This document shows positions 45,849-54,821 of a DNA stretch of 64,000 bases, one piece after another. Position numbers and translations under genes: made by a program. The notes under the pieces are model-generated. The model did no database searches, had not been told where the DNA came from, and was given only the letters and a program-made list of their open reading frames with translations. How positions within the stretch are numbered: position 1 is the stretch's first letter; each line of letters begins with the position of its first letter. Source of the stretch: a virus; the IMG/VR virus record IMGVR_UViG_3300036985_004568, positions 31,375-95,374 of that record, one strand, 5' to 3'.

Positions 45849-47168
45849 TTATTTTCCCTTAAGGACTTTTAAAAATCCTTGCTCGGGGGTGATTTCCACT
45901 TTTTTCTCTAAGACCGGCACCACGACCTCATTCACTGCTAAGGGGGTGCTCTTAGAGGGATCAATAACTACCTCTTTTACCTTAGCCTGTAAAGCGCCTA
46001 GATCCTTTGTAATTTGATCCAGTTGTTCTTTGATTGGAGCTTGATTTGCCTTTTCGATCTTCAATCCGTCTACTTCGGCGTTGAGGGAAGTAATCATAGC
46101 TTCTTTCTCATCCAACTGTTTCTGATACTCGGCTCTAATTGCCTTAAGTTCTTCCTCTGTATATGTTCTAACGGTGTGTTGAGCAACCGTTTCGGTTGAT
46201 TTCATTCCATTAGCTTCGGTTACTGTAACATCATTGGAGATAACTTCCTGTTTTACTGCATGTGCTTCATTATCTATAGTTGTAACTATAACGGCCGCAT
46301 GCTCTTCTGTTATAACCATGGGCTCAGCAGGAATAGTTACTTCTGCAGATTTAACTTCCTCCACAGGTGCAGCGGGAGTTTCAATTATAACGGGGGCTTC
46401 TTCCTTAATAACTACTATTGGGGCCTCAATTATAACCTCTTCTTTGTTAATAACCTCTAATTTAGGCTCTTCTACTGCAGGTACCTCAATCTTAGTATCT
46501 TTAGTCTTCTCCATTTCACACTCCATCTCTTTTTTAGTGCCAGGTTGTACAGTCACTGGCTTGGGCAATGAGTCATCTTTAACATTATCAGGAATCTGCC
46601 CTAAGTTTTCAATTTTAAATATATCCTCTGTTTCCACAACGTCTTGCAACGCTTTAGTAAGTGATTTATGTGCAAACTCAGCCCTACAATTAGCGGGTAA
46701 CCCTACCACGGATACCTCAAATAGTTCCATTGAAGAGATTACATTGACTGGAGCTGAAGGTTTATTCTTTAAATAGGGGAACCGGTGAAGCGCCTCTGTA
46801 GGAGAAACTCTTTCCCCAGCGGTAAGCCTGCCCCCAATGGAGAATTTGCTTATGATCCCCTCTTCTATCTTTTTACGTAACTCCTCTTCCCACTGGGAGA
46901 TATAGATCTTAACCCAAAGTCCCTGGCTATCAACTTTTGCATCATCTAACCGTCCAATAGCCCGATTATAGTCGTGATTAAAAAATACGGTGTTTCCAAA
47001 CTCTAAGAGGCCAATTGCGGCGTCTTTAAGGGCGTCTAGGACGATTATATCTCCCTGGCGATCAAGGTCCTTAGTAGCAGCATAGCCCTCAATATAAAAG
47101 CCTTTGCCCTCATGCCCGGACTTTACGATATCTAAGCTAAAATAAAAATCATTCTTTAGAATCTGCAT
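45849..47168 (-). CDS. HK97-family prohead protease fused to acidic/coiled-coil scaffold
   Basis: IEGYA..DRQGD, FNHD, FSIG, LFEVSVV..PAN; long Glu/Pro/Val-rich and coiled-coil tail. Confidence 0.92.
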   Translation of the reverse strand: MQILKNDFYFSLDIVKSGHEGKGFYIEGYAATKDLDRQGDIIVLDALKDAAIGLLEFGNTVFFNHDYNRAIGRLDDAKVDSQGLWVKIYISQWEEELRKKIEEGIISKFSIGGRLTAGERVSPTEALHRFPYLKNKPSAPVNVISSMELFEVSVVGLPANCRAEFAHKSLTKALQDVVETEDIFKIENLGQIPDNVKDDSLPKPVTVQPGTKKEMECEMEKTKDTKIEVPAVEEPKLEVINKEEVIIEAPIVVIKEEAPVIIETPAAPVEEVKSAEVTIPAEPMVITEEHAAVIVTTIDNEAHAVKQEVISNDVTVTEANGMKSTETVAQHTVRTYTEEELKAIRAEYQKQLDEKEAMITSLNAEVDGLKIEKANQAPIKEQLDQITKDLGALQAKVKEVVIDPSKSTPLAVNEVVVPVLEKKVEITPEQGFLKVLKGK

Positions 47169-47188
47169 AGGATATTACCTTTCTAATA

Positions 47189-47197
47189 ATTGAAAAC
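47189..47197 (-). promoter_or_regulatory. GTTTTCAAT motif upstream of prohead protease
   Basis: Exact copy in the intergenic gap, 20 nt before the ATG. Confidence 0.5.
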
Positions 47198-47229
47198 ACC
47201 ATCAAATCATTAAAGTTACAACTTTTTAT

Positions 47230-47472
47230 TTAAACTATGGGATTTAGGTACTCCCTAGCTGCCTGCCTAGTTGTTATCTGGGCCAATTCTTCAGTACTAA
47301 ATAGCGCTTGTTCTGGATTATCAATCACCCACTGTTGGAGTAACTTTTCCATTAGCTTAAATAATTTATAATCAGTTGCTCCTAATAATTGATGGTTACT
47401 ATCACAGTTATGTATGTCTTCATTTCCAATAAAAGTCTTACCACATTTTGTGCATATTCCTTTATCTTCCAT
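47230..47472 (-). CDS. Small Zn-finger protein
   Basis: CTKC...H.C; AAGGAG RBS. Confidence 0.65.
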   Translation of the reverse strand: MEDKGICTKCGKTFIGNEDIHNCDSNHQLLGATDYKLFKLMEKLLQQWVIDNPEQALFSTEELAQITTRQAAREYLNPIV

Positions 47473-47481
47473 AATATCTCC

Positions 47482-49107
47482 TTATATTTTCTTTTTCAAA
47501 CACCACAACTCAAAATGGGTTCCAATTCCCCAGCCATTTGCTACCTGGGAGTCTATCAAAATTGAAGTAATGTTGTCAGCTGTATTAGTCCACACTTCAC
47601 CCCTTAAGAATCCTCCATCTATTGTAGTGCCATTTATATCACAAAAACCTTCAAATATTCCAGTCCTAAGATAACCAGACTTGGCGAATATTAGACCACT
47701 ACACATCCAGAGATTTCCAGCAGAGCCAGTTCCATAACCTAAAAGATAAAATCCACCATTACCAACTTGCCTTCCGGCGGAAACAGTAGTATTTTGCCAT
47801 CTTAATCTCTGTCCACCATAATTGCTTCCGTTAGTGTCCCCATTTGGCGATATCAAAGGAGCTGTGCTGTTAGCACCTATTACATTCCTAATAATAAGTT
47901 CATAAATGGTATCTACATCCCCATTCAACCCAGTTATATTTACGGATTGGGCAGCGGCAGCCAAGGTGTTGTCGTATATCTTCTGCATCACTCCGCAGTT
48001 GATATTGCCTATGACATTTAATTTACCTGTCTTCAGACCTGTGGTGGCTGCTAAACCAGTCAAGGTTTTCTTGAATAAGAGGAGCTGGGTGCCGACACCA
48101 AGACCGTTGGCATTGTCCGCCGTTAAAACAATTTGCGTTATGTTATCTGCAGTATTATTCCACGAACATCCCCACATATTTATTCTATTAACTGTCGTTG
48201 TAGCAATGTAATCTGCTGATTTTCTTATTGCTGTTCTTACATAACCTGATTTAGCGTATATGATGACATCTGATAAGCAATTAGGACCAGTGGTAGTTCC
48301 CATATTGCCAATAGTAAAACTGTTAAGAACCCCACGATAAGCAGATGCAGTAGTATCTATAGCCCTTAGATATTGAATACCATAATTTGCACCAGTATCA
48401 GTGTTAAAGGTTAAGTTTATGCCTCCATCACCTGTAGCGGTAACTACTCTACTTACCAATCTATACTCCTCATCCACATCTCCGTTAAGTCCTGAAAATG
48501 TGTGTGCTGTTTGTGCTCCATTTACATAAATTTTAAAATATAATTGATCTGTATCAAAAATATTGTTCCAAGTTCCATCTGTTCTATATCCTAACGCACC
48601 AAGGGTATAGTTAGAATCAATATTAGAGCCGGAGATATTCCAAAAGTTATTAGTTGTTTGTGTGTCACAAGTAATTACAATCCAGTATCTTGTTCCTATG
48701 GTTAAATAAAATGGAATAGCAAAAGTTCCTTTAATAATAGTATTTGTTCCAGGTGGAGTTACTACTATAGAAGCATTTGCATTGGCAAGTGTTCCAGATG
48801 GTTTTCCTAATCCACCACTTCCATCATCAGTTTCAATTCTTAAAGTCCAGTTTCCACTTGGAGTTCCAGTTTTAGCATTCCCCTCTCTCACTTCAACCGC
48901 AGTAATCAAGGATGCAGTTGCTATAAAGGCTTGACCTTTATTTACTTGTTGTCCAGTTGGACTTTTTCCAATATTATATACTCCGTATGATGCTGATGTC
49001 TGTTGAACATCAACAGTTTGAGCAATAATAATTTTCTCTTCCACCAACTGATAACCACCGAAGTATAAGTTAGCCAGTGAGGCTTGATTAAGGCTGCCGA
49101 TATCCAT
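47482..49107 (-). CDS. Virion fibre/receptor-binding protein with two copies of a GLNGD...NTADNIT domain
   Basis: Internal duplication plus an inserted beta-sandwich; Thr/Gly/Asn-rich. Confidence 0.75.
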   Translation of the reverse strand: MDIGSLNQASLANLYFGGYQLVEEKIIIAQTVDVQQTSASYGVYNIGKSPTGQQVNKGQAFIATASLITAVEVREGNAKTGTPSGNWTLRIETDDGSGGLGKPSGTLANANASIVVTPPGTNTIIKGTFAIPFYLTIGTRYWIVITCDTQTTNNFWNISGSNIDSNYTLGALGYRTDGTWNNIFDTDQLYFKIYVNGAQTAHTFSGLNGDVDEEYRLVSRVVTATGDGGINLTFNTDTGANYGIQYLRAIDTTASAYRGVLNSFTIGNMGTTTGPNCLSDVIIYAKSGYVRTAIRKSADYIATTTVNRINMWGCSWNNTADNITQIVLTADNANGLGVGTQLLLFKKTLTGLAATTGLKTGKLNVIGNINCGVMQKIYDNTLAAAAQSVNITGLNGDVDTIYELIIRNVIGANSTAPLISPNGDTNGSNYGGQRLRWQNTTVSAGRQVGNGGFYLLGYGTGSAGNLWMCSGLIFAKSGYLRTGIFEGFCDINGTTIDGGFLRGEVWTNTADNITSILIDSQVANGWGIGTHFELWCLKKKI

Positions 49108-50729
49108 TATGAAATCCTCCTGAATAGGTCAATCTGGGTGCCGATGCCAAGACCACCTACTTTGTCCGATAGTATTACAAAACTCGTGATATTATCAGCA
49201 GTATTATTCCAAGACCAACCATTTAGGAGTAATCTCGTTACGGTAGTAGTCACTACTGTATTCATATTGCTACCGAGTGCAGTTCTTACGAGTCCAGACT
49301 TGGCGTATATTGCAATGTTAGCCATACTTATGCCGCCACCTGCATCAGCACAAGCACCTATATAAATCTGGTCATAGACCCCTCTATAAGCAGCAACTAC
49401 GGTATCTATTGCTCGTGTCCATTGAACTCCATAATTTGAACCAGTATCATTATTAAATCTTAATCCATATGCACAATCGTTTGCTCCATTTACTATCCTT
49501 GCTTTAAGCATATACTCAACATCTGTATCTCCGTTGAGGCAGTAATTGTATATGTTTGTGCTTGAGGTCTGGGGAACGCTTGTTCCTTCAACACACATGG
49601 CTCCGTCAAAGTAGGAGGTTGTAGAGTTAGTTGGTATATAGCAAAATACTCCAACCTGAGTAGCAGAAGCTCCGATAGTAGCCGTAACAGTTAGCAACTC
49701 AAACCCTGCTCCCACAACTGCTGAACTCAAAGTTGTGTCTACTCCATCAGATATTCCTATCTTTGTGCCAGCCGTTTTTACAAGACAACTAAATGTTATT
49801 TTTCTCCCCTTCCAATAAGCTATACCTTTTGCGGTATGGAAAAGTTGATAAATAGAAGCACTCGAACTATCAGATACAACTTTGGCAGAGTATGTTCCAA
49901 TCTTAATCTCTGTTCCTTCTCTTGCTACAGTTGAGCCAGTTCCTGTAATCGTCCACCCATCAGGAGCAGCACTCGAACCAGCAGACCAAGTTTCAAAATC
50001 TGAGTTCTGGAGAAGATTTCCACCAAGACCTGAGATGGTAAGGGAGGTTTGTGCTGCTCTTACTTGTCCTGATTGGAGAACAGTAAAATCGGAACCTGCT
50101 TTAAACCAATTTATATATGCCACAATTTGAGCAGTTGTCCTATATGCTTGAAAAGAAACTGTTCCACTAGCAGTGGCACTTGCTAATGAACAATCTATAT
50201 TAGACCCCACTAAACCCCCATTCAAGTAAACATCAACTCTTGCCGTAGTCCAATTAACATCAAAAGTCCACTCTTGCCAAACATCTTGTGCTGTTAAATT
50301 AGCACCTACTTCTACATTTGTTCCAGAATTATAAATATACAAACCATCACTATAGAAACTAGCCACCAACCGATAAGTTCCATTATGACACTGCAGTTCA
50401 AATAAATCACTATTGGCAGCAGTTCCAACTGAATCTAAATAAATTGATATAGAGAATACTGACCTTGCCCCAAATGTTCCTATATCTTGATTTCTGTTAG
50501 CGTATCCTCCATTAGTTCCACCACTATCTAGTTTCATACAAGATTTGCTATCAAAAGTTTCTTGAGTAGACACGCCTGTTCCTGCATCTCCGTCAGTCCA
50601 GTCGGTAATAACTGCCATATCTTCATCATCTATATCCGCATTGGAAATAGCATTAGCAACAGTAGTGCTGTATATCCTCTGCCAGACATCGTTGAGTGAG
50701 CCTAATACCCTAAGATTTCCTGTTTTCAT
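49107..50729 (-). CDS. Virion fibre/receptor-binding protein with lectin/CBM-like insertions
   Basis: NLLQNSDFETW..PDGW (CBM4/9-like) and a LamG-like segment; C-terminal LNGD...NTADNIT domain. Confidence 0.75.
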   Translation of the reverse strand: MKTGNLRVLGSLNDVWQRIYSTTVANAISNADIDDEDMAVITDWTDGDAGTGVSTQETFDSKSCMKLDSGGTNGGYANRNQDIGTFGARSVFSISIYLDSVGTAANSDLFELQCHNGTYRLVASFYSDGLYIYNSGTNVEVGANLTAQDVWQEWTFDVNWTTARVDVYLNGGLVGSNIDCSLASATASGTVSFQAYRTTAQIVAYINWFKAGSDFTVLQSGQVRAAQTSLTISGLGGNLLQNSDFETWSAGSSAAPDGWTITGTGSTVAREGTEIKIGTYSAKVVSDSSSASIYQLFHTAKGIAYWKGRKITFSCLVKTAGTKIGISDGVDTTLSSAVVGAGFELLTVTATIGASATQVGVFCYIPTNSTTSYFDGAMCVEGTSVPQTSSTNIYNYCLNGDTDVEYMLKARIVNGANDCAYGLRFNNDTGSNYGVQWTRAIDTVVAAYRGVYDQIYIGACADAGGGISMANIAIYAKSGLVRTALGSNMNTVVTTTVTRLLLNGWSWNNTADNITSFVILSDKVGGLGIGTQIDLFRRIS

Positions 50730-50732
50730 GGT

Positions 50733-51191
50733 TTACACCTGATATATATAACCCCAGGTTCCAGTTAAGGTTCCCCAGGAAGTTAAATCTACTATCACTG
50801 TATTTGTTGCTCCTGTAATACTATCTGGAATTATAACTTGATTATTATTATCAAAAATAGTTATAAGAATACAATAAGGGGCTGCCAATGCTTTACTATG
50901 CGTAATAGTTAATACTCCTGCACTTAAAGTGGCATTGGTAAATGTTCCTCTAGTTGCAGCAGCTCCTACTTGTTCTTCAGTTCCAGCACTGTCTAATTTA
51001 TAAAGTTTAGAATCAGACTTAAAATAAAGTTTGTTTGTTCCCGAAGAAGGATTAGCCGGGGTTGTAATCTGGGTGCAAATCATTGCACCTAATACATTGA
51101 TTGTCTTGAAGAATGCAGAAAGCCAGTTCTTAGCACTGGTTCCTATATTTCCCTCTCCGTCCGAACGTGGAACTATATTTCTAGTACTCAT
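50733..51191 (-). CDS. Virion fibre-like protein
   Basis: G+SAKNW, TPANPSSG..KLYFKSD, ITH.....I.I.D fibre modules. Confidence 0.7.
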   Translation of the reverse strand: MSTRNIVPRSDGEGNIGTSAKNWLSAFFKTINVLGAMICTQITTPANPSSGTNKLYFKSDSKLYKLDSAGTEEQVGAAATRGTFTNATLSAGVLTITHSKALAAPYCILITIFDNNNQVIIPDSITGATNTVIVDLTSWGTLTGTWGYIYQV

Positions 51192-51228
51192 TTTAGTGCT
51201 CCTTAAATTACGCGCATAATAGAGCTAG

Positions 51229-51780
51229 TTATGCTTTTGGTTGAATATCAGAATTACTATCTAACTCATATACATCATCTATTGCTCCCGAAGAATTAGG
51301 TTCGAGATCCCCATTCATATCAATATCAAACAGACCTGATTGCCCAAGTCCATTCCAATCTTCACTATCCCCACCATTACTTATTTGCCATATTAAAAGA
51401 TCAGCATTATATCTTATTGCTGGACAATAAGTCTGGTTAGTTCTAGCTATAATAGACTTATCATTTAATAAGCCATCTCCAAAATAAAAATTATTATCTG
51501 CAGATTTAGGTATTTCTGTCCAAACTGCTCCAGTATAAATATAAAGTTTATCTATGTCTTCTACCCATAGTACTATGCCTTCTGCTTTTACTTTATATTC
51601 CCAAATAGTTCCTGTATAAGTTGCAATATCTAATATATGAGTGGCCCATACTCCAGTAGCATTACTAGGAATTAAATACCTATGCCCTTTTAATGGTGTG
51701 GTAGGCACATCAGTGGATGCGCTCTTTACTGGAGCCTGCCAAACAAAACTATCTAATGTTGGTACCTTATAATCGGCCAT
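51229..51780 (-). CDS. DUF2793-like virion protein
   Basis: P..G.RYLI...ATG.W......IA.Y....W......G...WV.D....Y.Y.G..W. Confidence 0.75.
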   Translation of the reverse strand: MADYKVPTLDSFVWQAPVKSASTDVPTTPLKGHRYLIPSNATGVWATHILDIATYTGTIWEYKVKAEGIVLWVEDIDKLYIYTGAVWTEIPKSADNNFYFGDGLLNDKSIIARTNQTYCPAIRYNADLLIWQISNGGDSEDWNGLGQSGLFDIDMNGDLEPNSSGAIDDVYELDSNSDIQPKA

Positions 51781-51805
51781 TCTTCTAACCTTTAATTATA
51801 AAACT

Positions 51806-52156
51806 TTATTTCCATGCTTCAGGAATATAAGCAGCATTACTAAATCTTGCCGCAACTTGCCATCCAGAGAAGCAGTCAGTTTTTATAGGAGTTGCTGTTC
51901 CAAAATCATAATTCCATAGGTCCGGCGCTTCTCCTTGTATTCCAGTCCAATCAGCATTATCATGGAAACAATTTGTAAAAATAACTTCTTGATTTAAAAA
52001 TCTTGTATCTTCAGCTCCATCACCCCAATTTATAGTAAAATTATAAGTACCGTCTTCGTGTAAGGGTAAAGTAAATTTATAATCATCTACTGGGGTAATA
52101 TATAATTTTATTCTGTTTGTACTTGGGTCTATTTTGGTAGGTAATGGACTAGCCAC
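51806..52156 (-). CDS. Internally deleted paralog of the PKD-BspA protein (26939-28033)
   Basis: Shares SPLPT, FTLPL, NFT.NWGDG, then jumps to TRFLN..V.FT.CF...TG.QGEAP..WN..FGT...IP..W. Confidence 0.75.
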   Translation of the reverse strand: MASPLPTKIDPSTNRIKLYITPVDDYKFTLPLHEDGTYNFTINWGDGAEDTRFLNQEVIFTNCFHDNADWTGIQGEAPDLWNYDFGTATPIKTDCFSGWQVAARFSNAAYIPEAWK

Positions 52157-52174
52157 ATTAACTCCTATAGTAAA

Positions 52175-52206
52175 TAGGGAGAAGCTCTATGAAGAGCCCC
52201 TCCCTA
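52175..52206 (-). terminator. Stem-loop after collagen fibre gene
   Basis: TAGGGAG..GCTCT / AGAGC..CTCCCTA interrupted stem. Confidence 0.5.
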
Positions 52207-52222
52207 AGTTATTTTACTTAAC

Positions 52223-53971
52223 TTATCCGTCTATAAGCAGGCATTTATAGTCTGCATCATAAACTGCACCAGGGCCAGTTTCACCTTGAAAACCTTGGTT
52301 ACCCTGGTTCCCTTGATCCCCTTGGTCACCTTGGTCACCTTTAGCTCCTTGGTCGCCCTGATCTCCTTTAGCTCCCTGATCGCCCTGGTCACCTTTAGCT
52401 CCTTGGTCGCCCTGATCTCCTTTAGCTCCCTGATCGCCCTGGTCACCCTGTGGGCCTACATCTCCAACATCTCCTGTTCTAGCAAAAGTTATTAATATAT
52501 CTGCAAGATTAGTAAATGATGTAAGAGATCCTGAAACATATGCACATGCTACAGTATCATAACCAGACTTATCAGTAATTCCTCCAATAGTAAAGAGGAT
52601 AAACTGCGAAGCATCCGTTTTAAGAGAAATTTTAAAGTGCCCCTTAATAGTGCTGGTGGATCCTGCTATTGTGTGCAAGAATGTTTCTATATTGGTGCTA
52701 TTATCATCAACATCATCAATATGCATTGACGTTGCCAATGATAAGTTATCATTATCAAACTTTAATTTTCCGGCTCCAGGATCAGTGTCATCATTATCCG
52801 TATTAAAGGTATAATCAAAAGATTCTCCTCCAAAAGATCCCTGAGCACCTTGTGCACCCTGGTCACCCTGGTCACCCTTGGCTCCCTGAGCACCTTGTGC
52901 ACCCTGGTCACCCTGGTCACCCTTGGCTCCCTGGTCTCCCTGGTCCCCTTTGGCTCCTTGGTCACCTTGATCGCCCTGGGCTCCTTGGTTGCCCTGATTT
53001 CCCTGATCTCCTTGATTTCCTTTTTCTACGAATCGTTCCCAATATGTTGGGTCTACTGTAGGCTCTTCATCTGTAGTAGCTAAGATACATACGTATCCAC
53101 TTCCATTATATTCTACACAATCATTTACTGCATAAATTCCAGAAACCCAAGGGCCTTTCCATACAAAGCCCTCTGCATCAGCTCCGGCATCTCCCTGATC
53201 GCCTTGATCACCCTGTGCACCTTGGTTTCCTTGGTTACCCTGGTCACCCTGTGCACCCGCGTCACCTTGAAAGCCTTGATTGCCCTGGTCACCCTGGTAA
53301 CCCATTTCACCCTGGGGCCCTTCATCTCCTTGAAATCCCTGATCTCCAGTTTCCCCATCAGCTCCCTTAGCAGCCATTACTTCCCAATAAGCTGTATCAA
53401 CCGTGGGTTCTTCATCTGTAGTAGCTTGAATACAAATAAAACTACTACTAAAATACTCTACAACATCATTAACAGCGTAAACTCCTGCAACCCAAGGACC
53501 TTTCCAGGTAAATCCAAGCCCCTGATATCCCTGGTCTCCCTGGTCACCTTTAGCTCCCTGGAATCCCTGATTGCCTTGATCTCCTTGGGGTCCTTGATCT
53601 CCTTGAAAACCTTGATCCCCCTGGTCCCCTTGAGTTCCTTGAGGTCCAGCTTCACCTTGAGGGCCTTGGTCACCTTGTGGCCCTACTACGTCTCTAGATT
53701 CCCAAACACCACCTATAACATACAAAAATTCTTGAGTTGCCATATTCCATACTTGCCATCCATCTTCTGGAATATCATAGGTCCATGTTACAGGACCAAC
53801 TCCTGTACAAGTTGCAATCCAATTATCCTTATCTTCCCATATTCCCGTTGCTCCAACACCAATTATATGACGATCTCCCTTATCGGGGGTGGAGTCAGGA
53901 GTTACGAGTACATCAAGGACTGGAGGTTGCCATGAAAATGTTTCTAAAACTGGTATTCTATACTGTGCCAT
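52223..53971 (-). CDS. Collagen-like fibre protein (DUF2793-like N-terminus, two CBM5/12-like modules, four collagen segments)
   Basis: G-D/A/N-Q runs; duplicated WKGPWV.G.YAVND.VEY..S...CI.ATTDEEPTVD..YWE. Confidence 0.88.
   Translation of the reverse strand: MAQYRIPVLETFSWQPPVLDVLVTPDSTPDKGDRHIIGVGATGIWEDKDNWIATCTGVGPVTWTYDIPEDGWQVWNMATQEFLYVIGGVWESRDVVGPQGDQGPQGEAGPQGTQGDQGDQGFQGDQGPQGDQGNQGFQGAKGDQGDQGYQGLGFTWKGPWVAGVYAVNDVVEYFSSSFICIQATTDEEPTVDTAYWEVMAAKGADGETGDQGFQGDEGPQGEMGYQGDQGNQGFQGDAGAQGDQGNQGNQGAQGDQGDQGDAGADAEGFVWKGPWVSGIYAVNDCVEYNGSGYVCILATTDEEPTVDPTYWERFVEKGNQGDQGNQGNQGAQGDQGDQGAKGDQGDQGAKGDQGDQGAQGAQGAKGDQGDQGAQGAQGSFGGESFDYTFNTDNDDTDPGAGKLKFDNDNLSLATSMHIDDVDDNSTNIETFLHTIAGSTSTIKGHFKISLKTDASQFILFTIGGITDKSGYDTVACAYVSGSLTSFTNLADILITFARTGDVGDVGPQGDQGDQGAKGDQGDQGAKGDQGDQGAKGDQGDQGAKGDQGDQGDQGNQGNQGFQGETGPGAVYDADYKCLLIDG
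52290..53680. repeat. Tandem 9/27/45/54-nt collagen-coding repeats
   Basis: An approximately 54-nt unit is duplicated at about 52333-52448 and an approximately 45-nt unit at about 52839-52932. Confidence 0.8.
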
Positions 53972-54040
53972 TTTGTTTCTCCTTTATTATATTACTTCTA
54001 AAACAAAGCTCAGAACCCTCTGAGTAATCTACACATATAC

Positions 54041-54301
54041 TTATGGTTCAGTTACCACATATGCTTTAAACGGAGCCACATACTCCATAACTCTTGGAAT
54101 TGCTAGTGGGTCAGCGTGAATATGGCTGTTTGGATCTAGTCCTCCAGCACCCGCGGGACCTTGCTGCCCTATTGGACCTTGTGGTCCGGTGGCCCCAGAA
54201 GTAGTAATGGCCACCCTAATTACCTCAGTCTCAGTCATTGTAACATGAATGGGCTGGGCCTCAGTAACTGTTACAAATATACTTTCGGAAGCATTTGCCA
54301 T
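54041..54301 (-). CDS. Small protein with short collagen segment
   Basis: GATGPQGPIGQQGPAG. Confidence 0.75.
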   Translation of the reverse strand: MANASESIFVTVTEAQPIHVTMTETEVIRVAITTSGATGPQGPIGQQGPAGAGGLDPNSHIHADPLAIPRVMEYVAPFKAYVVTEP

Positions 54302-54303
54302 AT

Positions 54304-54654
54304 TTATGAGGAACGTTTTGTTGCATCTACATTAAAAGTTATTACTCCAGAAACTATGGTTTCTACTTTACCATCATACTTAACCTGTATGTCATAATAA
54401 TAATCTCCCACAAGATTTGTGTCTGTTGAGAGAAGATTAATTGTAGTCTTACCATGGGTAGGGTCTGTATGAACTGTTACTGTCTTTACTATCTGTGCAT
54501 GGGAGTCATCCACGGCCTCTAGATTATCAGTTACTGTAAAAAATACTACCCACCCAGTTATATCCTTAGCTAGCCCTGCTCCGTCGGTAAACTCTAACAA
54601 ATAGGACTTACTATCCCCACGGATTATTTCCAGATTCTCACTTTGAACATACAT
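54304..54654 (-). CDS. BppU N-terminal-like Ig-fold virion protein
   Basis: I.RGDS..., DITG..V.FTV, G...I.L...DT...G.YYYDIQV, I.SG......D.T. Confidence 0.75.
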   Translation of the reverse strand: MYVQSENLEIIRGDSKSYLLEFTDGAGLAKDITGWVVFFTVTDNLEAVDDSHAQIVKTVTVHTDPTHGKTTINLLSTDTNLVGDYYYDIQVKYDGKVETIVSGVITFNVDATKRSS

Positions 54655-54679
54655 AAAGGCACCTCTATTTAAAATTTAA

Positions 54680-54790
54680 GCTCGCTACCTATCACGCTTA
54701 GGCCAGCCCTCGCTAGGGTCAATGGCCGGGATATAATCCCGTTGCAGAATGTCTCAGCTAGCATGAGTTTTTCAGTAGCAAGCTGAACCG
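54680..54790. ncRNA. Candidate structured RNA/leader
   Basis: GC-rich island with consecutive stems: GGCCA/TGGCC enclosing CCCT/AGGG, GGGAT/ATCCC, CTCA/TGAG, TTCAG/CTGAA. Confidence 0.35.
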
Positions 54791-54812
54791 TATTAACCAT
54801 ATCTTCTCACCA

Positions 54813-54821
54813 ATTGAAAAC
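54813..54821 (-). promoter_or_regulatory. GTTTTCAAT motif at head of the minus-strand late operon
   Basis: Minus strand TAGTTTTCAATT just upstream of the structured leader. Confidence 0.5.

Noticed and set aside
46605-46613. Extra GTTTTCAAT copy
   Set aside because: Antisense and inside the protease CDS; a few chance copies are expected in AT-rich DNA.
47482-52156. Diversity-generating retroelement (TR/VR pairs) among repeated fibre domains
   Set aside because: No reverse transcriptase in the window; the repeats are diverged coding paralogs without an evident adenine-specific mismatch pattern.
23963-53935. Long alternative-frame and antisense ORFs over the collagen, TMP and scaffold genes (for example 53204-53935, 24006-24497, 46234-46776)
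   Set aside because: Shadows of repetitive or biased codons; no RBS or recognisable motifs.
54700-54760. HDV-like/theta or hammerhead ribozyme
   Set aside because: GGCC and CCTCGC are suggestive, but I could not build the nested double pseudoknot and there is no CTGATGA/GAAA core.
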